A stretch of 64,000 nt of DNA. Source: Camelus dromedarius (Eukaryota). The notes under the pieces were generated by a model. It saw nothing but the letters and a program-made list of their open reading frames with translations. It was not told the origin of the DNA and searched no databases. The position numbers and the translations under genes were made by a program. Position 1 is the first letter of the stretch, and each line of letters starts with the position of its first letter. The stretch is taken from positions 7,936,001 through 8,000,000 of the forward strand of contig NC_087458.1 of the NCBI RefSeq assembly GCF_036321535.1, written 5' to 3'. Positions 12,650 to 32,581 of this stretch are shown in pieces.

Positions 12650-13265
12650 CTCAAACTAGGCCACTTACCACCTCCACTGTCTCAACTCCTGTCAGCAAGA
12701 GCCTCCACTTTGGTTCTCTGTTCCCAGTGTTTCCCCTGCACAGCAGTCAAAGGCAGCCCTTTAAATCCTGAGTCAGTTCACGCCACTCCTGTGCTCAAAA
12801 CTCTACCTTGGCATCCCATTTTGCACAGATATAAGCCCAAGTCCTTACAATGCCCTACAAGGCTCTATATTATCTGCCTATATCTCCCCCTGCTCATTGA
12901 CCCCATCTCCTATTCCTTTCCTCATGTCTTCCCCTGCTCCAGCCATGATGCTTCCTAAGTATACCATGCATACTCCTGCCCCAGGGCCTTTGCACCTGTC
13001 ACTTTCTCTGGCATGTTCTTCCCCCAGATATTTACATGACTTGCTCCTTCACTTCTTTCAGGTCTGCTCAAATGTCACATCTTCTCTAAACAGCCCATCT
13101 AAAATCTTACGTACACACATATCTGTCTCATTCCCTTATTTTTCTTCATATCACTCATCACCCCCCACTACAGGTAAAGTCCCTGCAGATTTTGCTGGCC
13201 TACAACAGTGACTGGCACATAGTTTGTGCTCAATAAATATTTCTTGAACAAATAAATGAAAAGTA
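12650..13265 (+). mobile_element. L2 3' fragment
   Basis: ...cacgccactcctgtgctcaaaactc...gggcctttgcacctg...tggcacatagtttgtgctcaataaatatttcttgaacaaataaatgaa, typical L2a end. Confidence 0.7.
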
Positions 13266-13559
13266 AGTGAATGACTTGTCAAAATCAATGACTACTAAGG
13301 CTGAAAGAAGTTATCTGTGTCTTTCATTAATCTCTTGGTTTTGATTCAATCATGTATTTCACTGTCCTCGATAGGTGTGTGAAAGAGGTACTCTGACAAA
13401 AATCAGGTCTGAAAACGAAAGTGATACAGTGGATACTGGCAGGGGCCATGATCCACTGGCTGGGAGAGCTCAGAACTCTTCATACTTCTCAGTGATGCTT
13501 CAGCTGCTCACTTAGAAATCCCCTGACCCAACTCCTTTAAGGCTTATACCATATGCTCA

Positions 13560-15340
13560 CTAAATCTTCAATTCCTTATCTGCTGCATCTGTCCACCTCA
13601 TGTCACTGAGGATCTAGCTCAGGCTCTCCCATCTTCCTCTGTCTCTAATCCTGTGGCCAGCCACCTGGTGGCTTCCAATGCTTACTCAACAGGTTTGCCT
13701 CTCAGTCAAGAGTTCCACTCTTGTCTCAAGTCCTTGACTCCATGAACTGCAACAACTTTGTCTCTATCTTGGTTCGGACACTACCCTCCAGGGACCTCCG
13801 CACTGTCCTCCTATTGCAGCCTATGCAGCCCCAAGCATTTAAACTCTCTGCTTCTCTATCTGGGTTGCCGAATGATGCTAGGGAAAAACGTGATAACTAG
13901 CTTGCGATGTTCCTGCAAGTTCAGATTCTGACCTCAAACAGGAACTCTGCTGTTGTTCAGAGGCCCTTCCTTGTGTTCTCGGTCAGCTCGCTCTACCATC
14001 TTCTCAGTGGCTGCTCAAACTGTCTTTATTCTTCCCAAGTTTCTGTCTCCTGGCTTCCCCCTTATATTCAGCAGATCACTCTGCCTCCAGTTTAATGAGC
14101 ACTCAAGATCACCAGGTGCTGTCATATTATTCCACTGCCACCCCAAACCATCTCCATCTGCCCTAGGCTTTCCTCTTTCCTTCCTGACCCAGAAGACAAA
14201 TGGTCTCTACTTTTGGCCAAAGCTAAGCTCGACATCCCTGTCCCCTACTCTTTCGGGATCCACTATATCATTCACCCAACCCCTCGTCAGCCACGTAATG
14301 CTCTACTGGCTTTGTCCATCAGCATCTTCTGACCTCTCACTCCTATAGCGACCCTCATCTGCTTCTCTTCAAAGCCAGGAAAGAACAGTCCACATTCACT
14401 TCTCTCCTTGATCACCTCCAACTTATTCTCCAGCCCACCTCAGCTGAGCTTCTGCTGCCCTCCCCGCTCCCACCACATTGTTCAGATGAAGGGCTGTGAA
14501 TTGCTACAAAAAAAAAAAAAAAAGACCCTTTCTTTGCCTACTGGCGCTCCATATTGTTTCATACCATCTCCTCGGTTGTCCTCTTACCTGCCTGATAGCC
14601 CTCTCTTAGGCCTCTCTTCCTCCTGCAGCTTGTAAGGATGGGTATTTCCTGAGATTCTTACTTTAACCTTCTGTTCTTCTTTATATACAAAAGCTTCATC
14701 CCAGTCCAAGGCTGCCATCCCACTGCTGCACTCTCGTCTCTAAGCCTTAGTTTCCAGCCCCAGGGCTTTTACTCTGCTAAGCTCGTCTGGTATGCCCAGC
14801 TGCTGGCTGGACATCTCCAGTTGGGTATCTTCAGGCAGCTCACAGTCAACCCAATTGATACCCAAGTCATCCTCCTCAAAAACCCACCCTTCTGCCCACC
14901 ATATGCTGTCTTGCTGAATGGCACCACTGCTGTCTACTAACTGTAATTCAGAAACATCAAGGCGACCTTTAATCCTCTGCCTTGATCTCTAAGTCTTATT
15001 GATTCTACCTCTTCAGTGATGTTCATATGTATCTTCCCACTTCACTGGGTCAGACCTCCATCATCGCTCATTCAAATTATTCAAAGAACTCATTTCCTGG
15101 CTTTTTTCCAATCCAGATTCCATTTGGCTGCCAGCCTCGTCTTCCTAAAACACAAATCTGATCACACCACTTCCCTGCTTTAAATCCTTCAATGACTCTA
15201 GCCAGTACTTCCCACAGCCACTGAAATTAGTTTACTGGTTTCTCTTCAGGCTGCTGTAAGCAACTCCAGGGCAAAGACAATGCCATTTCTCTAGTGCCCA
15301 GCACAATGCCCGGCACATAGTAGGTGCTTAATATTTGTGT
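13560..15340 (+). mobile_element. Decayed L2 fragments
   Basis: Pyrimidine-rich L2-like text ending ...cccagcacaatgcccggcacatagtaggtgcttaatatttgt; boundaries approximate. Confidence 0.55.
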
Positions 15341-18300
15341 GGAAGGATTCCAAGCCTCATCAGATGCTGCCTGGATGTGTTAACAGGCAAGCAGGGCAGT
15401 GGTTAAAAACAGAGGCTTTAGACAGACTTGGCAGGTCTGAGTGCCAGCACTGCCAACCTCCAGCTACTTGGCCTGAGAAAGATTTCTTGCTTTTTGTCAA
15501 CCTCAGCTTCCTCAACTGTTAAATTAGAACACCACCTACCTTAAAGAGACTGGGACAATGTTCCTAAAGGACTTATTAGAAGCACCCAACAAACGGTTGC
15601 CATTATTACAATTAATGCCAGCAACCACTCGGTAAACATCAAGGTTAGAAAAGAATCCTGAGACTTTAATGCTAGAACCACTGAGGCTCCAAGAAGCAAA
15701 CGGACTTCCCATCACAACTTTAGTTAAGTTGCAAAACCAAACTTAAAACGTAGCGTCAATGCAACAGTAAAATGCTGTTATGCTGTCAGCTGTTTGGTGG
15801 ACTTGCCCTGAAGTACAGGGTAAATGAAAGTGCTTTGTGAACAGTACAGACAGTAGATGTAGGATATTTGTAGATGCACCTGGCGTACTGCATACATGGG
15901 AATTTCTGTCTGTCTCTAAACTTGGACTTGGGCTAATGTGCCTTGGGGTAAGTTCGTAATTACAGCTCTGTTCATCTTCCCTATTGTCAGCTGTAATCAT
16001 CTGTTACACTAGGAATCAAATGATTCCTTCTTGGAGCCTTGGCTGGATCAGTGGTTCTTAAGGGTAGAGGTAATAGCAGCTTACCTGAAGTTTCAAAATA
16101 CACTCCCCCTTCCCTTTTTAAGAACCACTTTGTTACATGAAATTTTAGAAGATCAAGAATGTTTGGCAGGATACACTTCTCACACTTTGATCTTTCTCAT
16201 TCTTACCTACAGCAGGGGGTCTCAGCATTAGAAAACAGCATTATGCTAGGAAAAGATTATTGCTGGAAGAGAATGTGTTTTTCTGTGCAAATGCTCTACT
16301 CTGAAAGACCTTAGATTTAAGACAAAACAGGGCTTGCTGATTGGGATTCAGGCAGCAATCTGCAATGGGGCTTGCTCATCATCAAGTGAATGAAGCCAGG
16401 ACCCTGGAGACAGAGAGGGTTCAAGTACAGGGGACCCCCAGGCACTCTGCAGGGTGAGCTGGGCTCTGACTAGGAAGTGTAATGAAAGAAAGCAGTGAGA
16501 AAAAGACTGCAAAGTCCTCTGGTCCCCAGGTTCTTCCTGTTGAGCAGAAGTGAGACTCAGCTCTTCCTGAAGTTGGACTGAGACCAGGTGCCCTTTCAGG
16601 AAATGAGAGTCGGGGGCAGGGTAGAGCATAAAAGCCAACTGCCGCTTCACCAAGACACACACAAAGCCAGGTACTGTAAAAGCTGAACTCAACTGAGAAT
16701 TTTCCAATTATCTTCTAGTTTACTATCACAATGTAATTAAGTCTTGCTTTTATTTCAATTAAGACTTGTATTCCCAGTTTTTGGTGTGGTCTTCCCAGAT
16801 TATTCCCACTTAGAGGTGTGTGAGGACGCCTGGCACCTCTTTGTGAAGTGTCATTGACATTACATATGTTGGATTCAACAGGACCCAACTTGCTCAGAAC
16901 TCAACAGCTGCCTGTGCAAGTAGACCGTGCAATGCAGGACATTGGGAGCAAGACTATGTCTGGGGTCTGATTTGGCTGCAGGAAATTCCCTTCGACAGGC
17001 AGCCATGATTCTGATTCTGGCCCCTGGAGCCAAACCAGCCACTCAAGAGGGCACAAGTCTTGGTGTACAGATGGAGTCTGCATTTGCTCAAGATAGAGTG
17101 CAGACAGTGATCCCAGACACAAGGTCAGACCTATGACTCACCTTCCCAACATGAGGGTGTGCACCACCAAGGAAGGCCTGACAGGAGGGACCAGGCTGGC
17201 GTCACCAAGCACCCTTCCTCCCCTGCTCCATCCCTCCTGCATGCCCACTCTCTGAGTCACTCTCCTGGTCACACAGGCTCTGTGAGGGTGTTTGCATGGC
17301 TTGGAGTGTCACTTCAGGTGTGCTCGCTGATTTGTGGCAGCGACGAGGACAAGGCATCAGAGAACATGGGCTACACACAGAGGCTTGGTCAGCACTTCTT
17401 GATGACTTCCAGCAAACCAGGGCCCAGTGAGTGTCATCCACAGAGACCCTGGACCCCCTACCAGAATTATAGCTCTGCAGGATCTTGTGATTAAAGTTAT
17501 TTAATGTGAAGTTAAAAAGAAAATATCACACAACTGTTTTTCCTTTATAAAAATTTATCAAGGGAATAATTTGAGTTTTTAGAGGCTTCATTTAGCAAAG
17601 CAAAAGACTAAAAATTACCATAAAAACACTTTAAATTCTTTTTTAACTACCAAGTGGGATCTAAATTAAATAAATCCTCTATCACTTTAGGAAAGAGACT
17701 GCTTTCCTAAATCAGAAAAGTTGATTTCCAAGTCACACTCTCTTACCCTATTGCCTAAGGAGAACTAAATCTCACCAGGGATGGCTTCTCTAGAAGTCAA
17801 GGTGGAAAGAACAGGTGATATTCTGACAGACTAGATGTAGACTCTGAGCCAAAAGCAGAGTCTGTGAGATGTAATGTGATCATGTAAGTTATTACCCAAT
17901 AGGATACTTCTGAGAGTGAAAGAGGATGCTATTAATTACTTGAGAACAAAAGGCATAAAATGAGACATATGGCCACCCTAGTGATAAGGCAGTTTGGAAA
18001 ACTACATTGCCCAGTATGCCCTGCCCCTTGAAAGTCAAAAGGCTTTTTTCCCAGGAGCAAAGCACCCTGGGACCTGTGGTTAGCACCATTTAAGAGGTAA
18101 ACAGCCTAGGGCTGGGTTCTTATATGGAAGCTTCCTTCTTCCATAGGACACTTAACCAGACACAGAACACAACACCTGAGGTGAAATTTCAATGGATATT
18201 AAGTCTGGGGTGGAGCCTCACTCTCCCCAACAACTCCAGCTTCCAAAGGTGTGGAGCTGGAAGAGCTGTCCATTGGTCCACTGCCCTGTTCTCCTGGGTG

Positions 18301-18344
18301 CGGTGCTGCCTCTGCCTCCCACATCACCAGCATCCCCACTGCCA

Positions 18345-21300
18345 CTAGTCTTTTGGGGGATTCTGGGCCAGGTGCTGTTCCCACTCAACTTCAACCAACT
18401 TGTACAGTTCCATGGTGGCCTGAGCATCTTCCACAGAGGAGTGTCCACTTTTCCCAACCTGAACAAGGGAGGAAGAAAAGAGCATAAAGTTACAAGTTGT
18501 TTTCTTCCCTTCCCAACCGGCTCCCTCCAACCCCAATGATGCTGCTGCTTCTGTAGTTAGTGGGCTGAAAAGGCAGAACTCTGGTGGTGCCCTACACCTT
18601 ATCTAATTTTAGGGGTTCAACTTCTATGCTACTGCCTACCTCAATCCTTTCTAGGGCAACATATATATGCCATACTGTTTGTTCTACATTCTCCTGTAGA
18701 GACAGAACATATATCATAGACAGGCCTTCTGAGTCTTCCATATTCCCCAGTTCCTTAACTGATCTATATATGATATGTGTCTACACCCTCCTGCCCAGAA
18801 GGCCACCACCTCTTTGAGTGCCAAACATGTGAAATATATAAGAGGTCCTTGCATCCAGGATGTGGTCTTTTAGACCACAACTACTTGCTTTCTACTTCTC
18901 TTAAGTCAGGATTTAACTCTCATTTTAAGGTTTTCTTCCTTTTCCAAGTACCGTTTGGAACACTTTGAGAGGTGGAGAACAAGAAATGTTATCCTTATGT
19001 GCAGATGGACCCCTTTGCCCAAAGCTCTTCCCATCAGAGCATCCCGCCCAGATCTCTCTAAAACCAGCGGAACTCCAGCGTCAGAGCCCTAGACAGGCAG
19101 CAAGAGAGCCTCTAGTGTCGAAGCTAGGAGGCTGGAAGCATCTGGGGAGATGCTACCTGGATGTCCCGGTTCAGCAGCTTCTTGGTGAGACGCTTCAGAG
19201 ACATGGTGGCATTCTCTGGGCAGTCAGCCTTACGGTTGAGGAGGGGGATATGAGAGGTGTCCCGGGTGAGGGACTTGGGGTGAAAGTACTGAAGGGCTTT
19301 GAAGTCGTTGTGGATGGCATGCCCCACCACTATCTTCCCTGTGAGAATCTTCAAGATCTGAAACAGGCATGGAAGAGGTGATGGTGAGGAGGACTCAAAG
19401 ATGTAGACCCTGCATCCTAAAAACCCAACACGGCCGCAAGTCCTTCTAGGTTCTTTTCACCAGTTGCCCACCTGCCTTATCCTTGAAATATCCTCTCCCA
19501 CAATTTTTTTTTCACCTGAAATCCACCTCCTCTCCCAGAAGTGAAAGTAGGTATTTTCCATGGTATAACCCTGTTTCGACTTCTATCACACATGGCTCCT
19601 TATCGTCTCATTAAATTCTACTCCAGTGTGATACTCATTTAACTACCTAGTTCAGTCCTGGCTTGATACTTAAAGTTCTTTAACCACGATCATTGTTTGC
19701 CTTAGACAGAGGCTGGGACAAATGTTGTCAAAGACAGGTTCCAGGGAGATAATGGAAACCCAAAATTATATGCACATAGATATGTGTATATTGGGGGTGG
19801 GGGTGGGGGGAGGGGGAGAAATCCATGCCTTTCATCAGATTCTCAAAGGGCCTATAAGCCATAAAAGATTATGAATAACTTACAAAGACTGAAGAGGGAA
19901 GTAATCAAGTGATCTTTGATTATGTTGCTTTATCAAAGTCAGTTCCACTGCTTTATAGCTCCTCCTGCTCATAACCAGAGGGAACCTTACTCACACTAGT
20001 CTTGGAACCAAATAATTTCTCACCATTTCAGAATCTTAAAGTGTAAGAACATACTACCAGTGAGGACAACTGAAGAATATGCCATGAACCCAAAGGACAT
20101 TACCAAAATGGGGTTCCAAACAGGTTGTGAACAAGAGCAACAGGCCTGGAATCAATGACTGGCCTCCCAATGGGACCCCCTGGAAGGGAACAGGCTCATC
20201 TGGATGTACCTTAGTCTCATACCCCAACTTGGGTGCTGGTTTTTAAGATGAAAACAAGATATAGTCCAATCAACTGGGTACTGAGTTGCTAACTTTACCT
20301 GCAGTTTAGTGACCACCAACATCTTTACTTCACATTAACTTCAACACATAGCCCTCATTAAAGCTGAGGGGATTTAATGTCTCAGACCCACCCCACATTC
20401 TGCATCTCCCAAGACTGCTCAGCTGTGCCCTTCGTGCCAGAATGTTCTTCAGTTCTTTTTTTCAAGTTCTTTCTAAAATCCAGCTGTTCCACCTCTAACA
20501 AAACTCCTCCAATGGACTGTTCTGGCATTTAAGGAGTAATTGGAACAGTGTGTCTAAAGAAGGCAAAGACAGAGGAGCTGAAATTACAAAGAAGTGAACC
20601 AAGGGCGCCCTCTGGAGGCCTCCCAAGACCGGCAGGCTCCACTCCCCTTCACCTCTACCAGCTCATGCTCCTTTCCTATTCTGTGTCCCCAGTATTCAGC
20701 ATGGGGCTTAAAGTGACTAAGTTTGCTCAGTGAGTGAGGTGAGAACCCTGACATACCAGTCCTGTATCTTTTATCCCCTTCACTGCAGGCTACTTGTTCC
20801 AGTTATATAAATGCCCCAGCTCCTTCTGTCAACATTCTGTCCTCTCCTACCACCAACTTTCCACATTGCCACAGACTGCTTCTTGCTTGGGAGGTCCTCT
20901 CCACCTCTGTTCTCAACCCTAGGCTCCAACTCTACAAGGCATTCTCAAATTGAGCCCCTTGCCCCTGGCCCTCATGCCTGCTGCTCTGTCCATCAAAACT
21001 GGCTGTTATTTCTCTATGCAGATTCCCAGTTCTCCAGATGAGGGTTCTACTTGGGACCTAATATAGATCTTAACTAATGAAATTTGTTATACCAGCTAAT
21101 TGTACCTTTCCACACTTTCACCACTCCTTATCCCAAGAGAAAGCCGCCTTCTGATATTCTACTCTCTCCATCCATCCCTCCCCTCCTTTGGCGCCTTCCC
21201 AGACTGATATCCTTCTCTGAAAAATTATTTGGACCTCTCTCCGTCTACCTTGCTGCTACCATCGTGCTCCATGCCTCTCACCTGGCTCCGAGCAATCTTG

Positions 21301-22016
21301 AAGGGTGTAGCATTCACCATGTGCTGCTTCCGGATACCACTCCATCTGGTCCGGTAGTCCACGATGTGGCAGGGGGGAAGGATGTACTCATCATAAAGCA
21401 CATCTCCGCTGTAGTTGACAATGCTACATCGAGCCAAGGAGCTGACATGCCCCTTGGGCCCCGTGCCCACCATCTCACAGTCCATTGCCACCATGTTCCT
21501 CGGCATCTTCTGGGATGCTCCAGAATATTTATTCTCTGAATGAGTGTTGGTGGAGTTCTGGGGGACATTCTTCTGAGGAGGGTTCTTCTGGGAGCCTTTC
21601 TTCTGGGGGCGAGTTGGGTGGCTCTTAATCTTTGGTAGGGCACTCTGGAACTCCCCCAGCAAATCTACTTTAGCCACAACAGAACCAGCCTTCTGTGAAG
21701 GGGCAGGGGTCAGCCAAGGCACTGCAGCTTTCTTGTCCAGGGACTGCTCCGACCCACTGCTGGAGGCAGCTGTCTTTTTCTTTTTTGGAAGGGGAGGGAC
21801 CTTCCAAGCGCCATCTACCTTAGGAGTTTCCCCTTTCTTTGGAAGTTCTGAGTGCAACTTAGGCACCTTGCTAGGGGGCTGCTTCTTCTTATTCAGAAAA
21901 CCTTTCCGTTCCAAGAGCCGCCGCTTCTTGACAAATTTTTGGTGCTTGGCATTCCCTTCTAATGCCTTTTTTGGAGGAGGTTCGCCAAAATCCAGATTGA
22001 GGAGTAAGGTAGACAT
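18345..22016 (-). CDS. ISG20L2: Interferon-stimulated 20 kDa exonuclease-like 2 (DEDDh 3'-5' exoribonuclease), 349 aa; complement(join(18345..18458,19157..19357,21282..22016))
   Basis: 735+201+114=1050 nt, GT-AG introns. N-terminus [17 protein letters not shown], basic stretch KKRRLLERK, Exo[10 protein letters not shown], ExoII HAIHNDF, ExoIII HSSVEDA. Non-coding exon 1 donor at 22760; exon 2 acceptor gives exon start 22133. Confidence 0.97.
20604..20618 (-). promoter_or_regulatory. CTCF motif CCTCCAGAGGGCGCC in ISG20L2 intron
   Basis: Near-consensus CTCF core, with a retained CpG in otherwise CpG-poor intron. Confidence 0.55.
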
Positions 22017-22699
22017 GATGACAATGGATGGTGGGCGAACAGTTGGGAAGAGTAGTTTACCAATGAGAGGAGGAGATAAAATTCATCCTCTGCTGAATCC
22101 CACAGACCAACATCTGGAGGTTTGTGGTATAACCTGGGGAAGAAAGTGATCCTGATAACGGAGCCCATAGGCTTGGGAACCAATAAGATATGACCCCTTT
22201 CTGTAGAACTTTAGAGAGGAAAGACTTCAGAGCAACCTCTCAGTTAATGTAATGTATGAAATGATGCAAGGAGCACTGTCTGAAACAGGAAGCCCGGGTT
22301 CTAGCGAAGGTCCACAATTCACATTCTAGCGAAGGTATGGCGTAAGGGAAGCCATTCCCCCTCTCTAGATCTCAGTCTCATTTGTAAACGGGGGATCTGA
22401 AGGGCCAAACAGCTGGAACTCTGAATCTGGAACGCCAGAACAGGTGAGCTCTATTATCTGCCCAGGGAAAGAACGTCTAAGTATGCTCGAAGGCAATGAC
22501 GGGTATGGCATTGATGACCTCTGGGTTACCCAGGCATTCCCAATGCGGGCCCCACGAACAGAGATATAAATCCAGGCACCCCTTTCCCTCGTTCCAGGTG
22601 GGGGAAAACCACATGCATCTCACTCAAGGCCTTCTCCCAAGAAAGAACCTTTGACAACACATATCAGCATGGAGGAGACCGAGGCTGGGGACAACCTAT

Positions 22700-29307
<6,608 letters not shown>

Positions 29308-29512
29308 TGCAGCCTGAGGAAGGGCGGGCATATCTCGGACCTCATCTGGAACTGCCAGGTGCCACGCTGGGTGGCAGTCTTCATTTCCTCAGCCAGAGAA
29401 CCAGCATCCTACACTCTCCCTGGAATCCTGGTGCCTCACAAACCTTCAGCTTCTTATCCTTTCTCTCCTCTGTGTGTTATATACTATTATGTAAAAATTT
29501 TATTTTTAATTT

Positions 29513-29518
29513 ATTAAA
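29513..29518 (+). terminator. METTL25B poly(A) signal ATTAAA
   Basis: Variant hexamer at the end of an AT-rich tract ~200 nt after the stop codon. Confidence 0.6.
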
Positions 29519-29863
29519 AAAGTGAAATCCTTATTTCCCTGATGTTTCTATTAAGCATAGAAAGGTCAGACATGCACCCTCCCTACTGAGATGCTGCTGA
29601 GGTGCTAAATTAGGTCTCACACCCCCAATCCCCTCTGTCTTCGGTAACAGGCAGCATCTTGTTACTCAGAAGTCTCCATGGAGGGAAGCTCTCCGATTTC
29701 CATCCCAGAATCTGCAGGGCCACATTAAGACTGCCTAAGGTTTGGTCCCAACATCAGGACAGATGTCCCTTTCTTCCTTCAGTCCCTGAAACAGGTGCAC
29801 GAGGGTTAGGGGTGCCAGTTTACCAGAAGACAGCAGCTGCACACATGGGAGAACTCAAGGCTC

Positions 29864-29869
29864 TTTATT
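29864..29869 (-). terminator. MRPL24 poly(A) signal AATAAA
   Basis: Canonical hexamer ~70 nt downstream of the MRPL24 stop codon on the minus strand. Confidence 0.75.
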
Positions 29870-29936
29870 AGTGTCTGAAAAAGAAGTGGCTTGAACCTTC
29901 AAGGCTAAGACAAGGAGAAGCTACTCTTCCCCAAAC

Positions 29937-31207
<1,271 letters not shown>

Positions 31208-31379
31208 GGCTGGAGGCTGTGAGAAATCCCCTGGCCAGCAAAAGTCCCAGAAATCTTCCTAGTCAGCTCTGGGGTAGGACAAACAAGGGGGCAAAGAAAT
31301 AAAGGAAGGAACATTTCTTTAAGTACTTACTCCATGGCTCAATGGACCTCATCTTATTGAATCCTCACAAGATATTGCT

Positions 31380-31496
31380 TTTTTTTTTTTTTTTTTGGTC
31401 GGGGGCAGGGTGGAATTAGGTTTATTTAGCCGGAGGTACTGGGATTGACGTTGTGCATGCTAAGCATGCACTCTACCACGGAGCTATACCTGCTCC
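31380..31496 (-). mobile_element. tRNA-derived SINE (camelid type), internally deleted, inserted into a MIR
   Basis: Reverse complement GGTATAGCTCCGTGGTAGAGTGCATGCTTAGCATGCAC...CCCAGTACCTCC...AAATAAACCTAATT...poly(A); homologous to the copy at 54005. Confidence 0.85.
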
Positions 31497-32394
31497 CCCC
31501 CCCCATACTATTTTCACTTTACAGATGAGGAAATAGACTCAGGTTAAGTGACCTGCCAGTGGTCATAAAGCTACTATGTGGGAGAATCAGCATTCAAACC
31601 CACATATATCTGACTTTAAAGTCCAAAAAGTTCAACAAGGCCAGGGATCATGTTATCTAGCTCACCCTTAAACAGCAGATCCTTTAGGGCTTGGCACAAA
31701 GTGGGTCCTCAATAAATAGTTATTAAATAAATCCACGAACAGCAGGATGGGAAGATAACAGGTCACAGACAAAACATTGGCATAAGGCCAAAAGGCAGGC
31801 AGTTAGTTATAAGGTTAAACAAACAAACAGATAGCAGAGATAGAAACTGGAATTAAAATGTCCCCTCACCACTTCCAATTTCTAATCTTAATCAGGATAA
31901 GACCACTCCTCCCTAAGATAGTTTATTTTTTAAAGGAAAAGGACCCAGAGGCAGATTCTAAGATTATAGGGTCCTGGATTTCCCTAAGTATGTACTCTAA
32001 GCCTCCCAATTTTAGATAATGGACTAAATCAATAGAGTGGTAAGAAAACTGAGGGCAAAAAATAATAAATGCTTCAGTTTATTGAGCACCTGCTGCCTTC
32101 CAGGTGCCATGCTAAGTGCTTTCCTGCATCATCTCATGTAAGCCTAAGGACAACTGAAGAAGGAAATACCATTAACCTTGGTTTATAGCTAAGAACGAAG
32201 CCTAACTTCAAAGTACAAATAAAGTGCACTAAATAACATAAAAAGCTCTGAAATGAGAGTCATATGACCAGGGTTCTGGTCCCTGCTCCACTATCGACCT
32301 ATTTTGTGACCCTAGGCAACTTGACTTCCAAGTTTCAGTTTCATCATCAGTACAACTTTACAGGGTTGTTTGTGTCACTCAAGTTATTTTTAAC

Positions 32395-32581
32395 TTTTTT
32401 TTTTTTTAGTAAAGGTAGATTTATTTTGAGATACATACTGTATAGAGTGTAGGCTGTTTCAAAAGGGAAGAGGAAGGCCACGATGTGCGGGGGTTGAGTG
32501 CTCAGGTTAAAGTAAAAGTAAGTACACTCCATAGACAGAGTGCACGCAGTCTCCAAAGAGGAGGGAGCAAGAGAGGTGGCC
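32395..32581 (-). mobile_element. Polyadenylated retrocopy of an ERV LTR R region
   Basis: Aligns by eye with 52870..53035 of the solo LTR; AATAAA at 32420..32425, then 12 nt, then poly(A); flanked by a 10-bp TSD with one mismatch. Confidence 0.75.

Noticed and set aside
22299-22336. 13-bp direct repeat ttctagcgaaggt (and similar 14-17 bp duplications at 48829..48858 and 60569..60602)
   Set aside because: Only two copies each, without unique regularly sized spacers; local slippage in decayed repeats, not CRISPR-like.
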